In this document: positions 60,374 to 64,000 of the stretch, piece by piece
How the letters are laid out: every line of letters begins with the position of its first letter
Position numbering within the stretch: the first letter of the stretch is position 1
NCBI GenBank assembly: GCA_044343545.1
Contig: JAWBZR010000001.1
Coordinates: 1 to 64,000, forward strand
Direction: 5' to 3'
DNA length: 64,000 nucleotides
From: Candidatus Aenigmatarchaeota archaeon
Lineage (GTDB): Archaea; Aenigmatarchaeota; Aenigmatarchaeia; CG10238-14
Translations under genes and position numbers: made by a program
The notes under the pieces: generated by a model
The model's input: the letters and a program-made list of their open reading frames with translations, nothing else
The model's database searches: none
What the model was told of the DNA's origin: nothing

Positions 60374-61404
60374 GACCAACTTAACTTGAATCTTAAAATA
60401 GCCCCTATACCTATATGTCTAAATTGTTGCCCTGCATTATGCAGAGTAGATATTATTTTAACCTTGCCCCCCTTCATTTCAACTTGTTTAGCTATCTCTT
60501 CCACTTCCTTTGATAGCATGTCTTCTGAAACCAATAAAAATTCTATTGCTCCCATATTGTTTGCCGAAGAAATGTTATTAATTCCAAATATGGCGAGGCC
60601 GTCATCCTTTTTAAGATGCATGAAAAATTCTTCCACGAGTTTAGTTTCTTTCAATATCTCGTTTTCTTCACCCAAACTTTCCACAACCCCGCTCTTTATT
60701 ATTTCATTAATGCCAGCAATGGTAGCTGATGAGGCATTGGAAACAAAAATTTTCTTGAAAGCTTCGCTCGATTTTTCTCTTATTATCTTAAAAACATGTT
60801 CCTTTGCGAAACCAGGTCCGGCCAAGATTATGTGTTTCATTTGAGGATAAAACTTCATTATTTCTTCGGCTACCAACCTATAATATTCACTAATTTTTTT
60901 CTCCTCGTAATTAAAAGAAAATGGATTTCTTATTTCTGAAATTTGCTCTATTCTATTATTTTTCAACAAGTAAAGCAAGGCTTGGTCTAGGTCGATGGCC
61001 ACGATCATAATGTTAGGTGATTTTTTTTCTGCTTCTTTAAGTTTTTCTATTTGATAATTTTTCCATTCTCTTTTAGTGATAGTCAAATGTTTGCCTGGTT
61101 TTATTTCTATTGAATGATAGGAATCTATTTGCACGTTTTTCGGTGCTTCGACTATTCTACCAGAAACTCTTAATTGAAACGTGCCTGTTTGAAATTCTAC
61201 TTTTTCCACCGCAATCTTTATGACCATAAGTTTTTTCCCTACCTTTCTTATCTCACCGTCCCTTTCTAGAAAAACGGTTCGTGGCGTCCTTGCTTTTACA
61301 AGATCCCCAGGCTCTATAAAGTTTTTAAGATAAAAAAGATCGTCATTGCACTCTACTCTTAACTTTACCTTTTGCAGTTTTGGAGATATTTTTATGATTT
61401 TCAT
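60370..61404 (-). CDS. pelA: Pelota (Dom34) ribosome rescue factor
   Basis: DDLFYL, LRVSG, YHSIEI, AGPGFAKE, GAILRF. Confidence 0.92.
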   Translation of the reverse strand: MKIIKISPKLQKVKLRVECNDDLFYLKNFIEPGDLVKARTPRTVFLERDGEIRKVGKKLMVIKIAVEKVEFQTGTFQLRVSGRIVEAPKNVQIDSYHSIEIKPGKHLTITKREWKNYQIEKLKEAEKKSPNIMIVAIDLDQALLYLLKNNRIEQISEIRNPFSFNYEEKKISEYYRLVAEEIMKFYPQMKHIILAGPGFAKEHVFKIIREKSSEAFKKIFVSNASSATIAGINEIIKSGVVESLGEENEILKETKLVEEFFMHLKKDDGLAIFGINNISSANNMGAIEFLLVSEDMLSKEVEEIAKQVEMKGGKVKIISTLHNAGQQFRHIGIGAILRFKLSWS

Positions 61405-61448
61405 AACTGATAAAAGTTATTAGTATAAAAAACAAAAAAGATATGTAT

Positions 61449-62612
61449 ATGGCAAAAGCTCAAGCTAAGATAGATGAATTTATATGGGTATTTTTTGCTG
61501 GAATGCTAACAATTGTTATATTAATATTCTTTTGGGGAACCCCAAAATTGAAGATCAACGAAACAGAAAATGTTACTCAAGCGAGGGAAATTTTCACAAT
61601 TGGCTCGTTCGACGAAAATGTCCCAAGGACCATAAGAATAGGCGATTTTACTGTTAGTCATACTGCCGGTTCTCAAACCATAGAGACAAAAAAGTACTTT
61701 GAAGTGAGTAAAGGTTTATTTGAAAATAAAAAATTCTCCTTTAGCTCAGAAATAGCTGAAAATTTTGATGACGTGATTGATGGATGGATTGAATTATATG
61801 TATTGGAAAGTGGAAGTGGAAAACTTGTTGTTAAGGTAAATAATAAAGTAGTTTACAGCCAAAACACAGAACCTGGAAAAATAAGAATAGCTGTTGAAAA
61901 AGATTTGTTGAAAAATTATAATGTTATAGAAATCAGCTCAAGCATGCCTGGTTTGATGTTTTGGAGTACAAGTATTTATAGGATCGAAAAAGCAGAGTTT
62001 GGCATAAATATTTATGGAAACGTGGCTAAAAGATATGATTTTATATTGTATGGAAGTGAATTGAAAACTTTCACTGGAGGTGAGTTAAAGTTTAATTTGG
62101 AAGAAAGAGAAGGTTACGGTGATTTAATCATAAAAATTAATGGAAGAGAATTTTTCAGAGGCATACCATCTGGAAGTTTTAGTAAAACGTTTGAAATTTT
62201 TGATGTGGGTCTCGTGAATGGAGTCAATAACATAGAATTTTCGACTGAAAGAGATACAAGTTACAAATTGGATGATGTTCAAATCATAATAAGTCATAAA
62301 GAGCAAGCTACAAAGAGTAAAACCTTTTCTTTCAGAATAACTGAAAATGATATGGAAAGGTTAAAGGGCGGTAAAAAAGGTAGAATTAGCTTCATAATAT
62401 TGGACAGCGACTTCAATGGTAATTTGGCTATAAAGATAAAAGATGCGAAGGGTCAGGAACACCAACTTGATTACATATCATCATATTCCATAGGAAAGAC
62501 TGTAAATGTTTATTTTGGAATGAATGATGTCGAAATAGGAACTAATTACGTGACTTTCAGTGTTATAGGAAACGGAAAGTTTACTCTAAGCAATCTTGAG
62601 GTTGTTGTATAG
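61449..62612 (+). CDS. Secreted beta-rich protein with class III-like signal peptide
   Basis: MAKA/QAKIDEFIWVFFAGMLTIVILIFFW. Confidence 0.6.
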   Translation: MAKAQAKIDEFIWVFFAGMLTIVILIFFWGTPKLKINETENVTQAREIFTIGSFDENVPRTIRIGDFTVSHTAGSQTIETKKYFEVSKGLFENKKFSFSSEIAENFDDVIDGWIELYVLESGSGKLVVKVNNKVVYSQNTEPGKIRIAVEKDLLKNYNVIEISSSMPGLMFWSTSIYRIEKAEFGINIYGNVAKRYDFILYGSELKTFTGGELKFNLEEREGYGDLIIKINGREFFRGIPSGSFSKTFEIFDVGLVNGVNNIEFSTERDTSYKLDDVQIIISHKEQATKSKTFSFRITENDMERLKGGKKGRISFIILDSDFNGNLAIKIKDAKGQEHQLDYISSYSIGKTVNVYFGMNDVEIGTNYVTFSVIGNGKFTLSNLEVVV

Positions 62613-62615
62613 AAA

Positions 62616-63386
62616 TTACACCTGGCAAATAAGCCTGAGAAAGCTTCTTCCGCCTGTCGCCATTCCTAAAATTGCTACTAATAGCTTTAGAAATTTTCCA
62701 AATTCTCTATCTTCAATTTCATCTAACATCTTCAAACAAAAATAAACCACTATAAATTTGACTATGATGAATGAAAATGGAGTGTTCGTTACCTCTATTA
62801 TCAATTTTGGTAAAACATGCTGCTCTGCATAGCCAAACCAATTAATTGCAACGGCTGTGGCCGTGGAATCAAACAAGTGCAAACCAATGACGATCTTATT
62901 TTCCAAGCTTGTTTTCAATAACTTAAGAAAAAAACATTCTATTAAAATAAATGGTAAAAGATAAAAAATAGGTTGCAGTGTTTTTATGCTTATAAAAATA
63001 GATGTTGAAGAAAATATGGAAAAGCCAAGAATAAACATAATTTTATGATAAGGTAAACCTTTTTTATTTTCTAAAAATTTTGTAATAATTAGCAGCAAAA
63101 GTATAGTGGAAAAAGATATCAGCCAAATGAATGGAGTGACAAAAAGGTATCCTTTGATTGTTTCCGCATCTCTCAAGACTCTAATAACAATAGACGATAA
63201 TATAAATGGAATGATGGATATGCATAGTTTGAAATCTATATCTATTTTGAGTTTTCTTATGATTTTGAAAGCCAAATATCCTAAAAATATAAAAATCAAT
63301 GAATAAGTTATAGTGTTTACTATGTTATATCCTTCACTATATTTTATAGGTTCTATGAAATGTTTTTCAAAAAAATTTTCTAACAT
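62616..63386 (-). CDS. DUF63 family membrane protein
   Basis: GYNIVNT..Y, FVTP, HLFD, YAEQHV. Confidence 0.8.
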   Translation of the reverse strand: MLENFFEKHFIEPIKYSEGYNIVNTITYSLIFIFLGYLAFKIIRKLKIDIDFKLCISIIPFILSSIVIRVLRDAETIKGYLFVTPFIWLISFSTILLLLIITKFLENKKGLPYHKIMFILGFSIFSSTSIFISIKTLQPIFYLLPFILIECFFLKLLKTSLENKIVIGLHLFDSTATAVAINWFGYAEQHVLPKLIIEVTNTPFSFIIVKFIVVYFCLKMLDEIEDREFGKFLKLLVAILGMATGGRSFLRLICQV

Positions 63387-63422
63387 GTAAAAATAAATAA
63401 AATCGGAAAGATAAATTTAATT

Positions 63423-64000
63423 GTGTCTAAAGGATTCTTCATAAGTTTCGAAGGTATAGATTCTACGGGTAAAAAAACTCAAGCCAAACTTTTGGCAGAG
63501 TACCTTAGAAAAAAAGGTTTAAATGTAGAAGAATTAAGCTTTCCCGCATATAATACTAAATTTGGCCAATATGTATCTGCTTTTTTAAGAGGTGAATATG
63601 GAAAAAAAGAAGATATGCCTGAAATAGCCGCTTTGCTTTTCGCCCTAGATAGATATCAATTCAAAAAATTTATAGAAGATTCCATAAAAGATGGAAAAAT
63701 TATAGTGTGTAACAGATATACTCAATCTGCGATGGCTTTCGAAGGAAGTTTAAGTCAAGATAAGAAAAAATTCATTAAATGGGTCGGTCAAGTAGAATCG
63801 AGATTACCGCAACCTGATGTAATAATATTGTTAGATTTGCCAATAGAATATTCTACGAAGCTTTTGGAGCTTAGAGAAGAGAAAGAATATTTGAAGGGTG
63901 CAAAAAAAGATATATTTGAAGAAGATTTGGTTTATCAAGAAAAAGTTAGAAAAACTTATCTTGAAATGGCTAAAGGAAAAAGATGGATTGTTGTAAAATG
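63423..64000 (+). CDS. tmk: Thymidylate kinase (partial, runs off the window)
   Basis: GTG start, FISFEGIDSTGKKTQ, DRY/NRY motifs, PQPD. Confidence 0.9.
   Translation, partial: MSKGFFISFEGIDSTGKKTQAKLLAEYLRKKGLNVEELSFPAYNTKFGQYVSAFLRGEYGKKEDMPEIAALLFALDRYQFKKFIEDSIKDGKIIVCNRYTQSAMAFEGSLSQDKKKFIKWVGQVESRLPQPDVIILLDLPIEYSTKLLELREEKEYLKGAKKDIFEEDLVYQEKVRKTYLEMAKGKRWIVVK

Noticed and set aside
806..63306. Many short antisense or nested ORFs in the track (e.g. 806..1321, 17400..17843, 41290..41781, 60386..60844)
   Set aside because: They are shadows of well-supported genes and have no motifs of their own
62616..63386. Archaeosortase or prepilin peptidase
   Set aside because: Motifs fit DUF63; no Cys-Arg-His or GxGD catalytic signature seen
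1..64000. CRISPR array, rRNA, transposase, provirus
   Set aside because: No spaced direct repeats, long GC-rich RNA tracts or hallmark genes seen by eye

Overview
Chromosomal segment of an AT-rich archaeon. A fused PriS-PriL primase and the overall gene content point to a DPANN lineage; Aenigmarchaeota-like is my inference. Positions 1-15 kb hold a large type IV/Tad-like pilus locus: one secretion ATPase, two platform (TadC/GspF-like) proteins and at least 12 pilin-like genes, four of them too short for the ORF track. Inserted into it on the opposite strand are a lipoprotein and a membrane-anchored protein with a C-terminal lytic transglycosylase (SLT) domain. This pilus-plus-muralytic-enzyme module is the most interesting candidate system. 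The rest is mostly housekeeping (dph5, hisS, glyS, gltX, ribosomal proteins, GINS, PINA, Hef, ychF, trxB, gdhA, pgk, bud32, endA, pelota, tmk, tRNA-Phe). It also contains a GT-C surface-glycosylation cluster (32-41 kb), a copper-export cluster with a membrane-anchored regulator and a palindromic operator candidate (47.6-51.6 kb), and an unannotated C/D-box guide sRNA (24330-24394). I saw no CRISPR array, rRNA or transposase. All calls come from reading motifs by eye; no database searches were run.
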